A stretch of DNA of 64,000 bases, taken from NCBI GenBank assembly GCA_003220155.1, contig QHRO01000239.1:22-64021 (forward strand). Reading direction: 5' to 3'. This document shows, piece after piece, positions 43,034-52,399 of the stretch. The notes under the pieces were generated by a model. It was not told the origin of the DNA. It did not search any database and saw only the letters and a list, made by a program, of their open reading frames with translations. The position numbers were made by a program, and so were the translations under genes. The stretch comes from Verrucomicrobiota bacterium. GTDB lineage: Bacteria; Verrucomicrobiota; Verrucomicrobiia; Chthoniobacterales; UBA10450. Numbering within the stretch: position 1 is the first letter of the stretch; every line of letters starts with the position of its first letter.

Positions 43034-44014
43034 GTGGTCGCGAGCTTATATGCTTCTCCGCAAGTGCCGATTCCTTTTTCAAAAAAAACGCGGGTTGTGC
43101 GACAGGCCACCGCGGATGGCGCGGAGAAAAAAACATCGACGCGCGTAACCTTAAAGCCAGGCATTGATTGGCATCGGCGGAATTTTTTGGCCGAAGTCCT
43201 CATCCCGTCCCTTTTTACCAAACGCTCCGGTGAACGCGCAGTCCCGCGTTTTCCCAAAATCCGGCCAGGCGAATTTTGCATCACCTGGATCGGGCACGCC
43301 TCCTTTCTCATTCAGACACACGATCGCAATATCCTGGTCGATCCGAACTGGGCGAAATGGTTGAAGGTGATCAAGCGGTTGAAGCGGCCGGGAATCGAGC
43401 TGCATCATTTGCCGGATATCGATTTGGTGTTGGTGACACACGCGCATTTTGATCACCTCGACCGACGAACGCTGCGGCGGATCGCTTCCGATCAACCGAT
43501 CGTCGTGCCGGTTGGCGTTGGCACGCTCGTTCACGATCTCGGCTTCAATATCGTGCATGAGCTCGATTACTGGCAGACGGTGCCGCTCGAGGCATTGAAA
43601 ATTTCGCTGACGCCTTGTCATCACTGGGGGGCGCGTTTTCTGGCGGATCTGCATCGCGGGTTCGGCGGTTTCGTTATTGAAGCGAATGGTCGATCGATCT
43701 TTCACTGCGGCGACAGCGCCTATTTCCCGGGCTTTAAGGAAATCGGCGAACGCCATGAGATCGAGATCGCGCTGTTACCGATCGGCGCTTACGACCCTCC
43801 GAGCGGACGCGAGGTCCACATGAATCCAGAGGAAGCGGTGCAGGCCTTTCTGGAATTGCGCGCGAAAAAATTAGTGCCGATGCACTACGGCACCTTCCGT
43901 CTCGGCTACGAACCGCTGGACGAACCGCTTACGCGCCTACTGGCACGCGCGAAAGAGGCCGGCATTCACGACGACGTGCTGGTCATGACCGAAGGCCAGC
44001 CGGTGGTGCTCTAG
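43034..44014 (+). CDS. MBL-fold metallo-hydrolase
   Basis: ITWIGHASFLIQ and VLVTHAHFDHLD. The true start is probably downstream of 43034. Confidence 0.75.
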   Translation: MVASLYASPQVPIPFSKKTRVVRQATADGAEKKTSTRVTLKPGIDWHRRNFLAEVLIPSLFTKRSGERAVPRFPKIRPGEFCITWIGHASFLIQTHDRNILVDPNWAKWLKVIKRLKRPGIELHHLPDIDLVLVTHAHFDHLDRRTLRRIASDQPIVVPVGVGTLVHDLGFNIVHELDYWQTVPLEALKISLTPCHHWGARFLADLHRGFGGFVIEANGRSIFHCGDSAYFPGFKEIGERHEIEIALLPIGAYDPPSGREVHMNPEEAVQAFLELRAKKLVPMHYGTFRLGYEPLDEPLTRLLARAKEAGIHDDVLVMTEGQPVVL

Positions 44015-44020
44015 GCACTC

Positions 44021-44090
44021 GTGAATCGTGAATTGTGAATCGTGAATACGAACAGCAATCACTGATCACTGTTCACCGATCACCATTCGC
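44021..44090. repeat. Heptamer-periodic dyad tract
   Basis: GTGAATC GTGAATT GTGAATC GTGAATA CGAACAG CAATCAC TGATCAC TGTTCAC CGATCAC. The two halves are imperfect reverse complements. Confidence 0.85.
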
Positions 44091-46293
44091 GCGCTGCGAC
44101 TGGGTCGGTGTGCTTGCCGCCGCTACGCTCACCATCATTTTTTCTCTTCTCCTGCTCGCGCACGATCCGCTCATTTTTTGGAACGACGATTACGAAATCT
44201 CTGTGCTGCCAGTTTTCGCCGATATGGCGCGAGCATGGAATCATGGCGAGTTTCCGCTCCTTAGCCCCTACTCTTGGATCTGTGGAAATCTCGCGGGCGA
44301 ATTTCAATATGGTGTTTTCTCCGTTTTCATTAATGCGCTGATTGTCTGCGTTTGGAAATTGCCGCTGACTTTTTCGCAACAAGCAGCTGTCGTTTCCATC
44401 GCACATCTCGCTGTCCTCAGTGCCGGAGCGTTTTTGCTCGCGCGTGGCCGGAAACTGTCGATCCCGTTATCCACCCTTGTCGCACTCGTCGCGTCACTAA
44501 ACGGCTGGATCATTTGCTGGGGCGCGGGCGACTGGTTTGGGGCGCTCGGCGCATTCGCCTGGCTGCCGTGGGCGTGGTGGGCAGCGGAGCGGACGCTTGA
44601 TCCAACGCGTTCGCACTGGCGTTTTCTTTGGCCGGCGCCTTTCGTTTATCTGCTGATCACAGGGGGCTTTCCTTATACCGTCTTGATGTTGGCGTTAGTG
44701 GTCGCGTGGCTAGCGCTGCGCGCCGTGTTCGAGATAGGCACGACGGACACTGCCAGTCCCGCTCGGATCAGCCCAGGCGCGCTTGCGCGGCTAACAAGAA
44801 CTTGGCCGCTGCTCGCTGGCGTTACAATCGGTTTCGGACTCGCTGCCCCGGCCTGGCTGGCGCTGCTCGACTACGTCCACGGCTCCGCCCGCGAATCGCT
44901 TCATCCCTCCGCTCATTGGCAATGGCTCGTCCCGTGGAATGCATGGCCAGGCTTAATCCTGCCATCGTGGACGGTGAATTGGTCGAATTTTTCCTCGCGG
45001 TTCGTGCCGCATGGCGCGACGGAACTTGCCTCCGGTCTCGTGCCACCGGCAGCATTACTCGCGGGATTTTTTTCAAATGGCCGCGCTTTGTTGAAAAGAA
45101 TTCGTTGGGAACTGGCTCTGCTTCTCGTCCTGTTCACTCTCGCGATGCTTCCCACTGCCGGAGTTTTCCGCTGGAGTTTCCGCTGGCTACCGCTCCTCCA
45201 TCTGGTCCTCGCCCTTTGCGCCGTCGAAGCATTCGCATCGTTTTCGCAAAAACAACGACGCTTTGGTGCCCTCCTCATGCTCCTGCTCATAGTCATGCTC
45301 ATAATCGGCGCTTTAGTTTTGCGAACCGGCGGCGAACATCTCTTCCCGCTCGCCTGGATTTTCCTAGGCCTCGCGCTGGGTTGGTTCGTAATCGAGTCGC
45401 TCCAACTTAGTTTCTTGCGCGCATGGGCGCCGGCGGCCGTCGTCTTCGCAACGCTTCTCGCGACCTACCTCTGCACTTCGCCAAACTCCGACATACCCAA
45501 ATACAATCTTGCCCAATCCTTGTTAGAACCACAGCCACTCGATCCGCAGCGTCTTTATCTCAGCGTTTACCCGCCACCGGAAAATTTTTATCGAGTGGAG
45601 GCTAAACCGGCCCCGGTCGGTCAGGTTGTCCGGCCCGGCAGCACTTCGATGTGGGCGGGCTTGCGTTTCGTCAACGGTTACAGTCCAATCCGTCCCGCCG
45701 GGGTGGCGCGCGAATTTGCCAGCGCCATTCATGGCGAAGTCGATCCCGACCTGGCAAAATGGCTTTTGCAGCGCGAGGCCGGTGAAAATGGACTGCTCGA
45801 GCGCATTGGCATTGATGGAATCATTGTCGCCCGAGAACTCGATTTCATTCCGCAACCGGCAGCCGAATGGGAATTGGCAACCGAGAACGACGAGGGTCGC
45901 GTTTTTCAACGCCATGGCGAGGCGATGCCAATAGTTCGTTCCGTGAATTTTCTTGGAAAAAACTCGATCGCAAAAATCATAGACATCGTCCGAGGGCGAA
46001 ATTGGGTGAGCGCATCAGTTGCGGCTCCCGATGGGGATCGGCCAGCCCTGATCGCATTCTCCCGTCCTTTTTTTCCAGGCTATCGGGCACGAATTGGTGG
46101 GCGCAATCTTGCCGTCTTTTCTGAGCGCAATTTGATTCCGCTGGTAGAAATCCCGCCGGGAATGCATGGTCGCCTGATCCTTTATTACCGGCCTGATTGG
46201 TTGATTTACGGGGGGGCGCTTGCAATCACCTCAGCCGCCGTTTGGCTCATCTCCGCTTTCTTTGCACTGCGACGGCCAATTCAGCCCGTATAA
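44035..46293 (+). CDS. Large polytopic membrane protein (YfhO/GT-C-like glycosyltransferase suspected)
   Basis: About 12 or more TM helices followed by a soluble C-terminal domain. The listed GTG start lies inside the heptamer tract, so the real start is probably near 44100. Confidence 0.55.
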   Translation: MNREYEQQSLITVHRSPFARCDWVGVLAAATLTIIFSLLLLAHDPLIFWNDDYEISVLPVFADMARAWNHGEFPLLSPYSWICGNLAGEFQYGVFSVFINALIVCVWKLPLTFSQQAAVVSIAHLAVLSAGAFLLARGRKLSIPLSTLVALVASLNGWIICWGAGDWFGALGAFAWLPWAWWAAERTLDPTRSHWRFLWPAPFVYLLITGGFPYTVLMLALVVAWLALRAVFEIGTTDTASPARISPGALARLTRTWPLLAGVTIGFGLAAPAWLALLDYVHGSARESLHPSAHWQWLVPWNAWPGLILPSWTVNWSNFSSRFVPHGATELASGLVPPAALLAGFFSNGRALLKRIRWELALLLVLFTLAMLPTAGVFRWSFRWLPLLHLVLALCAVEAFASFSQKQRRFGALLMLLLIVMLIIGALVLRTGGEHLFPLAWIFLGLALGWFVIESLQLSFLRAWAPAAVVFATLLATYLCTSPNSDIPKYNLAQSLLEPQPLDPQRLYLSVYPPPENFYRVEAKPAPVGQVVRPGSTSMWAGLRFVNGYSPIRPAGVAREFASAIHGEVDPDLAKWLLQREAGENGLLERIGIDGIIVARELDFIPQPAAEWELATENDEGRVFQRHGEAMPIVRSVNFLGKNSIAKIIDIVRGRNWVSASVAAPDGDRPALIAFSRPFFPGYRARIGGRNLAVFSERNLIPLVEIPPGMHGRLILYYRPDWLIYGGALAITSAAVWLISAFFALRRPIQPV

Positions 46294-46423
46294 CCAGCGG
46301 CTTTTCTACAAGATAAGAGTTAACAATTTGATGTTGCAGGTGCGACAGTGAACTGTTAACTCGGCAGGATTTAGAAAATGGCGGAGCGGTCCTGCGCGAT
46401 CGACGATGCTCCCTTTACTTTGT

Positions 46424-46579
46424 AATGTCGAGCGAAGTCGAGACATCTCTAGTTATTGTCCGAAAGTACCAAAGAGGAGCGGTTTCCAACCGCCGTTTGG
46501 TTAAAGCCGGCGGCTTGGAAGACGCCGCTCCTTTGTAAATACAAATAGCTAGAGATTCCTCGACTTCGCTCGGAATGAC
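46424..46579. repeat. Nested MITE-like element
   Basis: Outer arms AATGTCGAGCGAAGTCGAGACATCTCT and AGAGATTCCTCGACTTCGCTCGGAATGAC. Inner palindrome CAAAGAGGAGCGGTTTCCAACCGCCG...CGGCGGCTTGGAAGACGCCGCTCCTTTG. Confidence 0.8.
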
Positions 46580-46660
46580 AAAAAGGGGCCGCTTACCATG
46601 GGATTGCTACTGCGAGAACGCTACGAACCCTTCCGGCGACGAGGGCGTCGCTGCTACGGG

Positions 46661-47698
46661 TCACGAGATCGGGATCCATTCGTTGCGGGCGCGGGAATCG
46701 GCAACTGCTTGCACAACTCGCATGTAACGCAACCCATCTTCAAAAGTCGGATACGGTCGCTCATGACCGCCCCCTTTCACGGCATCGAGGAAATCATTCT
46801 CGACCGCCCATTCCTTGGCGAGTTCCTTCGGCACATCCACTTCTTGCAAGGCGCGGTCGCCCACCCGACCGGTCTTGATCACGTCAGCCGTGAAATCGTA
46901 GATTAACGTTCCGGCCGAACCGTAAACTTCCAGCCGGTCGCCGGTAGCGTGAGCATGGATACCGCTGAACTCGAGCACGCCTTCGGCGCCATGGGCGAAG
47001 TGGCAAAGCACCGAGAGCGCGTCGGGGATAATGACGTTGTAACCCTGGCGGTCGGGATACAAAATTTTCCCGCGCGCGAACAATCCATCGATATTGCCGA
47101 ACCAACGCTGCAGCACTTCGACATAAATCCCGAGCGTCATCACATTGAGCCCGCTGATTTCGATACGCTGCCGCCAGTGGGCCGGCGCGTTCGGGTTCAA
47201 ATAATTCCCATGAAAACTTTGCAGCCGAATAGTGTGCAGTTGTCCTAGAAAATTTTCTCCAAGCAATTTCTTAACGACAAGATCGCCGCGCAAACCGTAG
47301 GGCGGCGGGCAGAGCATGGTCACCTGTTTCGGAAAGCGGCGCGAGGCCGCCAGCATTTCTTCTGCTTCCGCGCGATCGTTCGCCATGCGCGCCTGGCAAA
47401 AAACGTGTTTGCCCGCTTCGAGTGCAGAAACGGTGACGGCGGAATGCATGTAGGGCGGCGTCCCAATCCAGATGATATCGATGTCAGGCAAAGCCACGAG
47501 GTCGGGCCAGTTAGCGATGGGCACAGCGGTTGGAACATTTTCCTGGCAAAACTTTTCCGCGCTTTCGTAAGTGGAGTTTGAAATCGCGACGATTTCCAGA
47601 TCGGACCGACGTTTGAAAGCGGGCAGATGCCGTTGTTTTACGATCCCGCCCGCGCCGATGATTCCAATCCGTAATTTGCGATTGCCGTTTCGACTCAT
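46661..47698 (-). CDS. Gfo/Idh/MocA-family oxidoreductase
   Basis: LRIGIIGAGGIVKQRHLPAF Rossmann N-terminus. Confidence 0.85.
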   Translation of the reverse strand: MSRNGNRKLRIGIIGAGGIVKQRHLPAFKRRSDLEIVAISNSTYESAEKFCQENVPTAVPIANWPDLVALPDIDIIWIGTPPYMHSAVTVSALEAGKHVFCQARMANDRAEAEEMLAASRRFPKQVTMLCPPPYGLRGDLVVKKLLGENFLGQLHTIRLQSFHGNYLNPNAPAHWRQRIEISGLNVMTLGIYVEVLQRWFGNIDGLFARGKILYPDRQGYNVIIPDALSVLCHFAHGAEGVLEFSGIHAHATGDRLEVYGSAGTLIYDFTADVIKTGRVGDRALQEVDVPKELAKEWAVENDFLDAVKGGGHERPYPTFEDGLRYMRVVQAVADSRARNEWIPIS

Positions 47699-47765
47699 TG
47701 TATGTGCTTGGTAGAAGAATCTTTGACCACAGTGGAGGCATCCTGTTCAACTCTGAAATGTTCCT

Positions 47766-47880
47766 GTAGCACAGGCATCTTGCCTGTGGGGCCGGTGGGC
47801 ATCTTGCCCGCCGATTGCTCTCGTGCTGCCATAAACGGGCAGGATGCCCGTTTGCCCCACAGGCAAGATGCCTGTGCTAC
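47766..47880. repeat. REPIN-like element (115 nt), GTAGCACAGGCA family
   Basis: GTAG CACAGGCA TCT TGCCTGTG GGGCCGGTGGGCATCTTGCCCG ... CGGGCAGGATGCCCG ... CACAGGCA AGA TGCCTGTG CTAC. Confidence 0.85.
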
Positions 47881-47981
47881 GAGTGAAGAATCGCTTGACC
47901 ATTGTGGGCCGAGAAAGCACTTTACGCTCCCGTTTTTTCATAACCCCGGCGATTGGATCAATCGCCCATACCCCTTGCCTC

Positions 47982-48251
47982 ATGTCTAAAGTTTGCAGCA
48001 TCACTGGATCCCGTGTCACGCGCGGCAGCATCATTCATCGCCGTGGTATGGCGAAAAAGAAAGGCGGCGTCGGTCGCCACGTCACGAAAAATGTGCGGCG
48101 CGAATTTCATCCGAACCTGCACGAGCACCGAATCTGGGTATCGGAGTTGAGAAAATTCGTGCGCATCCGGGTGACGGCGCGAGGACTCAAGACGATTAAC
48201 AAGAATGGGGCGTATCAGGCGTTAAAGAAAGCCGGCATCATCGCGGGCTAG
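47982..48251 (+). CDS. rpmB: 50S ribosomal protein L28
   Basis: MSKVCSITGSRVTRGSIIHRRGMAKKKGGVG...FHPNLHEHRIWV. Confidence 0.9.
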   Translation: MSKVCSITGSRVTRGSIIHRRGMAKKKGGVGRHVTKNVRREFHPNLHEHRIWVSELRKFVRIRVTARGLKTINKNGAYQALKKAGIIAG

Positions 48252-48273
48252 GACTGGAGCGGCGGCAGGTCAA

Positions 48274-48663
48274 ATGCAATTGACCATTCTGAAATCGAAG
48301 ATTCATCGCGCCATGGTGACGGGCGCGAGTTTGCATTACGAAGGCAGTCTCACGGTCTCGTCCGATCTGGCTGAGCTGGTTGATCTGCGCGAATACGAGA
48401 AGATTCTTGTAGGCAACCTCACCAATGGCGAACGCTTTGAGACCTACGTGATTTACGGTGAGCGACACAAAGGGTTGATCGAACTCAACGGCGCGACCGC
48501 GCACCTCGGGAAAATCGGCGATCGCATCACGATCATGAATTTTGGGAGTTATTCGGCCGAGGAAGCAGCCAGGCACCAGCCGCGTATTCTCGTAATCGAT
48601 GAGAAGAATCGGGTTGTGCGGCAGGAAGGCATCGAGCCGTCGCTCAAGGTCGTCGGCGAGTAG
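48274..48663 (+). CDS. panD: Aspartate 1-decarboxylase
   Basis: MQLTILKSKIHRAMVTGASLHYEGSLTV (Gly-Ser self-cleavage site). Confidence 0.92.
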   Translation: MQLTILKSKIHRAMVTGASLHYEGSLTVSSDLAELVDLREYEKILVGNLTNGERFETYVIYGERHKGLIELNGATAHLGKIGDRITIMNFGSYSAEEAARHQPRILVIDEKNRVVRQEGIEPSLKVVGE

Positions 48664-48670
48664 TTGCTTT

Positions 48671-48877
48671 GTCATCCCGACCGAATGCGAGGGACCTCAC
48701 AACAGGTCAGGCGCATTCGGACACTCGCGAGTGCCCCTCGGTCCGAGCCGGACTGGCTGTGTCTGCGCGGCTCGGGATGATGGGCGATAGAACTTCGGAA
48801 GATGTTCCGTCGCTCGTTTCGTCTCGGGAGCCCTCGGTCGGAACCGGACTGGCATTTGCCGCGCGGCTCGGAATGAC
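48671..48877. repeat. Cluster of GTCATCCCGA-type repeats, including two ~62-nt direct copies
   Basis: Hairpin CCGAATGCG...CGCATTCGG (48681-48720). Direct copies at 48721-48781 and 48815-48877 (…CCCTCGGTCSGARCCGGACTGGC…GCGCGGCTCGGRATGA). Confidence 0.75.
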
Positions 48878-50362
48878 GGAGGACGCATCATTACTGGCGG
48901 CAGCAACAACGCTTTCCTCAGCTGTCGCTACCGTGGTGGCTGGCGCCGTTTCCGTTGTAGCAGTCGGCGTCGCTGCCCCCTGTTCTGCTGCGACTTCGCC
49001 AGCTTCCTGTTTCGGTGGCTTCGCCCGCGGCAAATCGAGCGAACCGTCATTGAATTCGATGATGTGTCCCTCACGAATCATCCAATGCAAATCGGACGCG
49101 AGCGCCAGTTTCGTTTTCTCGGCTTCGGCCACCTCGGTATCCAGTCCAATTAACTTTTCTGCGAGTTCCTTGCGGTTAATTCGGGGCGAGGCTCTAAGTG
49201 TTTCCAGAATCTGACGTACCGAATCGGAAACCGCAGTTTCATCAATCGCTTTCAACCGAATGGGCGAGACGAAAAGCATTCCTTTGCGATGCCGGAAAAT
49301 TTGCAGGCCTGCACCGCGGAAACGGCCGGCCAGCTCCTGCATCATGTTGGAGGGCGAACGGACCTCCGCTGACCAGGCATTTTCGATTAGCCGCGCGATC
49401 CCGCGATCCTGTAATTTGCGACTAGTAACGCCGTCAATCTCCGCCTCGGCCGTTTCCGAAATCAGCGCCGGAAGATATTTCTCGCGAAAATGCCGTTCCG
49501 CTTCCGTTTCGGCATTAAAGGTTTGGGGCGGTTCCTCTTGCTGCGTGGTGAACGTGATCACTTTGCGCGCTTCTTCCTTCCATTGCTCGACCAACGCGAG
49601 ATCGCTCACGATTTCGATTTGCCGTTGAAAATCAGTGAAGCTCAGGCGCCGGCTGAAACGTTGTTCGTAAAGACGGCGAAGCTGGGGCTGGTAACCATGA
49701 TGATTAGTTGGTCCCAGCAAAGTTCCGGTTGTCCGTTCGCGCGCAACACTGTTGAAATCGCCCTTGATCGGATCGTGCAAGGTCACATTGGTGGTGTAAA
49801 ACTTCTCCCGCAGCAGGCGAAAGGCGGAGTTTTCGAGAGCGAAGCGATTCGTCGAGATGGCATTCGATTCGCCCAGACGAAAGAGCGGGGTTGCGTCCTT
49901 CGTTTTTATCCGGACGTGATAGCGCTCCGGTTTTTGCAGAAAGAGACGCGCCAGCGCATAAACAGAATACGCCGCGGCGCCAGTCTTGATCTGGGCTGCG
50001 ACATTTTCAAATGCGGCTGCTTGCGGAAGAAAATGGACGTCGAGCTGCGGCAATGGAGGTGGCGTCGAAGCTTGGCGTGGCGCCGGAAAAAAATCCCGGG
50101 AACGTTTCCGATCCTTGCGCTCAAGCGGCTTGCGATCGTCTCGCTCTCCTCGATCATGCCGGCGGCGAGTCTTCTCGGCGTCACGGCGGTGACGCGATGG
50201 ACGAGGGCGTCGATCCGTGCCCTCGCGCGGCCAGTGGGCCTGCTCATCTTCTCCTTCAAATCCGGCATGACGCGCCACGGACCAATCTTCCTTCACCCAT
50301 GCGGGAAGGAATTTCAGGTCGATTAAATCGAGTGGCACGCCGGGCGCTGGCACCCTTCTCAT
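48707..50362 (-). CDS. Conserved-looking hypothetical protein; the last ~58 codons read through the repeat cluster
   Basis: 551-aa ORF with an Arg/Asp/Lys-rich N-terminal third. The C-terminus has the duplicated peptide (V/I)IPSRAxxASPxxTEG, which is encoded by the repeats. Confidence 0.5.
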   Translation of the reverse strand: MRRVPAPGVPLDLIDLKFLPAWVKEDWSVARHAGFEGEDEQAHWPREGTDRRPRPSRHRRDAEKTRRRHDRGERDDRKPLERKDRKRSRDFFPAPRQASTPPPLPQLDVHFLPQAAAFENVAAQIKTGAAAYSVYALARLFLQKPERYHVRIKTKDATPLFRLGESNAISTNRFALENSAFRLLREKFYTTNVTLHDPIKGDFNSVARERTTGTLLGPTNHHGYQPQLRRLYEQRFSRRLSFTDFQRQIEIVSDLALVEQWKEEARKVITFTTQQEEPPQTFNAETEAERHFREKYLPALISETAEAEIDGVTSRKLQDRGIARLIENAWSAEVRSPSNMMQELAGRFRGAGLQIFRHRKGMLFVSPIRLKAIDETAVSDSVRQILETLRASPRINRKELAEKLIGLDTEVAEAEKTKLALASDLHWMIREGHIIEFNDGSLDLPRAKPPKQEAGEVAAEQGAATPTATTETAPATTVATAEESVVAAASNDASSVIPSRAANASPVPTEGSRDETSDGTSSEVLSPIIPSRADTASPARTEGHSRVSECA

Positions 50363-50613
50363 CTACTGCATCAGGTCGAGAAGTAAACCGGAGCGCACAC
50401 TCGTTTAAAACGATGAAGGGGTTGAAGCGGTCAGAGCAAATCGTCCAGCCTTCTGCGCATACTTCAACGATGATCCCAATCCCCGCAGCCGACACGACCG
50501 CCACTACAGATGAATCCGTTGCGGCTGGAAATTCATTGACAAGAATTTGAATTGATTTACTTGCCATCCTGTTCAGGCCGCGTTATCGCGGGCGGACGAA
50601 ACAACCGAATTTT

Positions 50614-50865
50614 ATGGCCGACAAATCAATCGAAGAGAAGGTTAAGGACATCATCGTCGAACAACTGGGCGTTAACCCGGAACAGGTAACGCCGCAGGCT
50701 TCGTTTATCGAGGATTTGGGGGCGGACTCGCTTGACATCGTGGAGTTGGTGATGGCGTTCGAGGAGGAATTTTCGGTGGAAGTGCCCGATGAAGACGCCG
50801 AGAAATTGCAGACCGTCGGCGACGTCATCAAATACATCCAGGAACGGGCGAAGCCGAAGGAGTAG
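50614..50865 (+). CDS. acpP: Acyl carrier protein
   Basis: [20 protein letters not shown] phosphopantetheine site. Confidence 0.92.
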   Translation: MADKSIEEKVKDIIVEQLGVNPEQVTPQASFIEDLGADSLDIVELVMAFEEEFSVEVPDEDAEKLQTVGDVIKYIQERAKPKE

Positions 50866-51271
50866 CCGAATCCCTCGCCTGACTGAAAGGGTAATTCTAG
50901 CGCCAACGGCGCGATCTTTGATGGAAGCCCGGGGCAAGCCTCAGGATCGGTCGTCAACTAAATTCAATAGCGCTGAAAGCGCGCCTCACTTCGGCGCCTT
51001 TCCATCATCAATCGCTGTCTGCAATCCACCGCTCCGTCAGCCCGAACGCCGAATGCTTTCGGGGTGAGGGACCTCGCGAGTGAGTGGTGGTCGTACAAAC
51101 AATCTTGTGTGATCCAAGACCTTAGGTGAGGTCCCTCCTGTGCTGGGGATGACGGAGTGGCAGGCGAGAAATTTCGTCGCCCAGCGCACAAACCTTGGCG
51201 ACTCGGCAGCCCCCGCTTCCAGTCAGCTACGTTTTTGGTTGCACCGCGCAATTGGAATCACAGTGTAGAGG

Positions 51272-52396
51272 GTGCAGTACTTCACCGAGCCCTTATTTCG
51301 CATCGGCGGAAATTACGTCACCGCCGCCGGACTGATTGCGTTCGTTGTCTTTTTCGCAGTTGGCGTGTCCCTGGCCAAGATTTTTCAAAGCGAAAAATTC
51401 CGGCGTTTGCTGACCCGCCTCAAACTCGGAAAAAACTTCGCGTCGATCATCCCGACGATTTTCGGTCTCGCCACACTCATCTTTTTTACCATCACCGCCA
51501 TTAACGCTGCCGGTGTTCCGTTGGCGTGGAATCGGCCGCTGCCCGGCATTTCGCTTACTCTCGTTCAAATTTTCCTGCTCGTTGCCCTGCTCCTCGGGGT
51601 CTTTTGGATATCGGCGCGCACGAAATCATTTCTGTTTGACCGTTTTCTCGTAAACAGCGGGCTGGATCGCTCGCTGCAATACGCCATCTCGCAAATCGTC
51701 AGCAACATCGTCCTGGTCGTTGGCGTTTTCATTGTGCTGGACAACGCGGGTATTCATCTCGGCACACTGACAGTTTTTGCCGGTGCGGTCGGCGTCGGGA
51801 TTGGCTTCGGATTGCAAAACATCGCCAGCAATTTCATTAGCGGCCTGGTCATTCTGGCGGAACGCCCGATCACGATTGGCGATCGGGTAGAGGTGGCGGG
51901 GGTCGCCGGTCAGGTGCAGCAAATTCGAGCACGCAGCACCGTTATTCTAACCAACGACAACATCACCATGATCGTGCCGAATACGAAGTTTATTGATTCG
52001 CCGGTGACAAACTGGACTTATGGCGACCCGCGCGTCCGTTTTCGCATTCCCATCGGTGTCGCCTATGGCAGCGATCTGGAGACGGTACGGAATGCATTGC
52101 TGGAAGTAGCGCGGGAAAACTCGCACGTGCTAGAGGACCCGAAGCCGACGGTATTTTTGGAAACGTTCGGCGACAGCGCGATCAACCTTGAATTGGTGGT
52201 GTGGAGTAAGGAAATGAGTTATCGGCCGCGCCGGTTCCGGAGCGATTTGAATTTCGCCATCGCGCAAAAGTTGCGCGAAGCCGGCATCGAAATCGCCTAT
52301 CCGCAGCGTGATGTGAATTTCCGCGGCGGCGTAGTGCGCGTGGAAATGACGCCGTCAGAAAAAACGCCGCAGCGCGCGGTTGCGGACGGCGCATAA
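51272..52396 (+). CDS. MscS-family mechanosensitive channel
   Basis: NFISGLVILAERPITIGDRVEVAGVAGQVQQIRARSTVILTNDN. Confidence 0.85.
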   Translation: MQYFTEPLFRIGGNYVTAAGLIAFVVFFAVGVSLAKIFQSEKFRRLLTRLKLGKNFASIIPTIFGLATLIFFTITAINAAGVPLAWNRPLPGISLTLVQIFLLVALLLGVFWISARTKSFLFDRFLVNSGLDRSLQYAISQIVSNIVLVVGVFIVLDNAGIHLGTLTVFAGAVGVGIGFGLQNIASNFISGLVILAERPITIGDRVEVAGVAGQVQQIRARSTVILTNDNITMIVPNTKFIDSPVTNWTYGDPRVRFRIPIGVAYGSDLETVRNALLEVARENSHVLEDPKPTVFLETFGDSAINLELVVWSKEMSYRPRRFRSDLNFAIAQKLREAGIEIAYPQRDVNFRGGVVRVEMTPSEKTPQRAVADGA

Positions 52397-52399
52397 GAG

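Noticed and set aside
44628-45410. 260-aa alternative-frame ORF inside the large membrane-protein gene.
   Set aside because: It has an Arg/Ala/Pro-rich composition and lies wholly inside a 752-aa ORF with a convincing TM pattern.
48669-49214. 181-aa plus-strand ORF downstream of panD.
   Set aside because: The first third is translated repeat cluster and the rest is antisense to the 48707-50362 gene. The composition is low-complexity Ser/Ala/Val.
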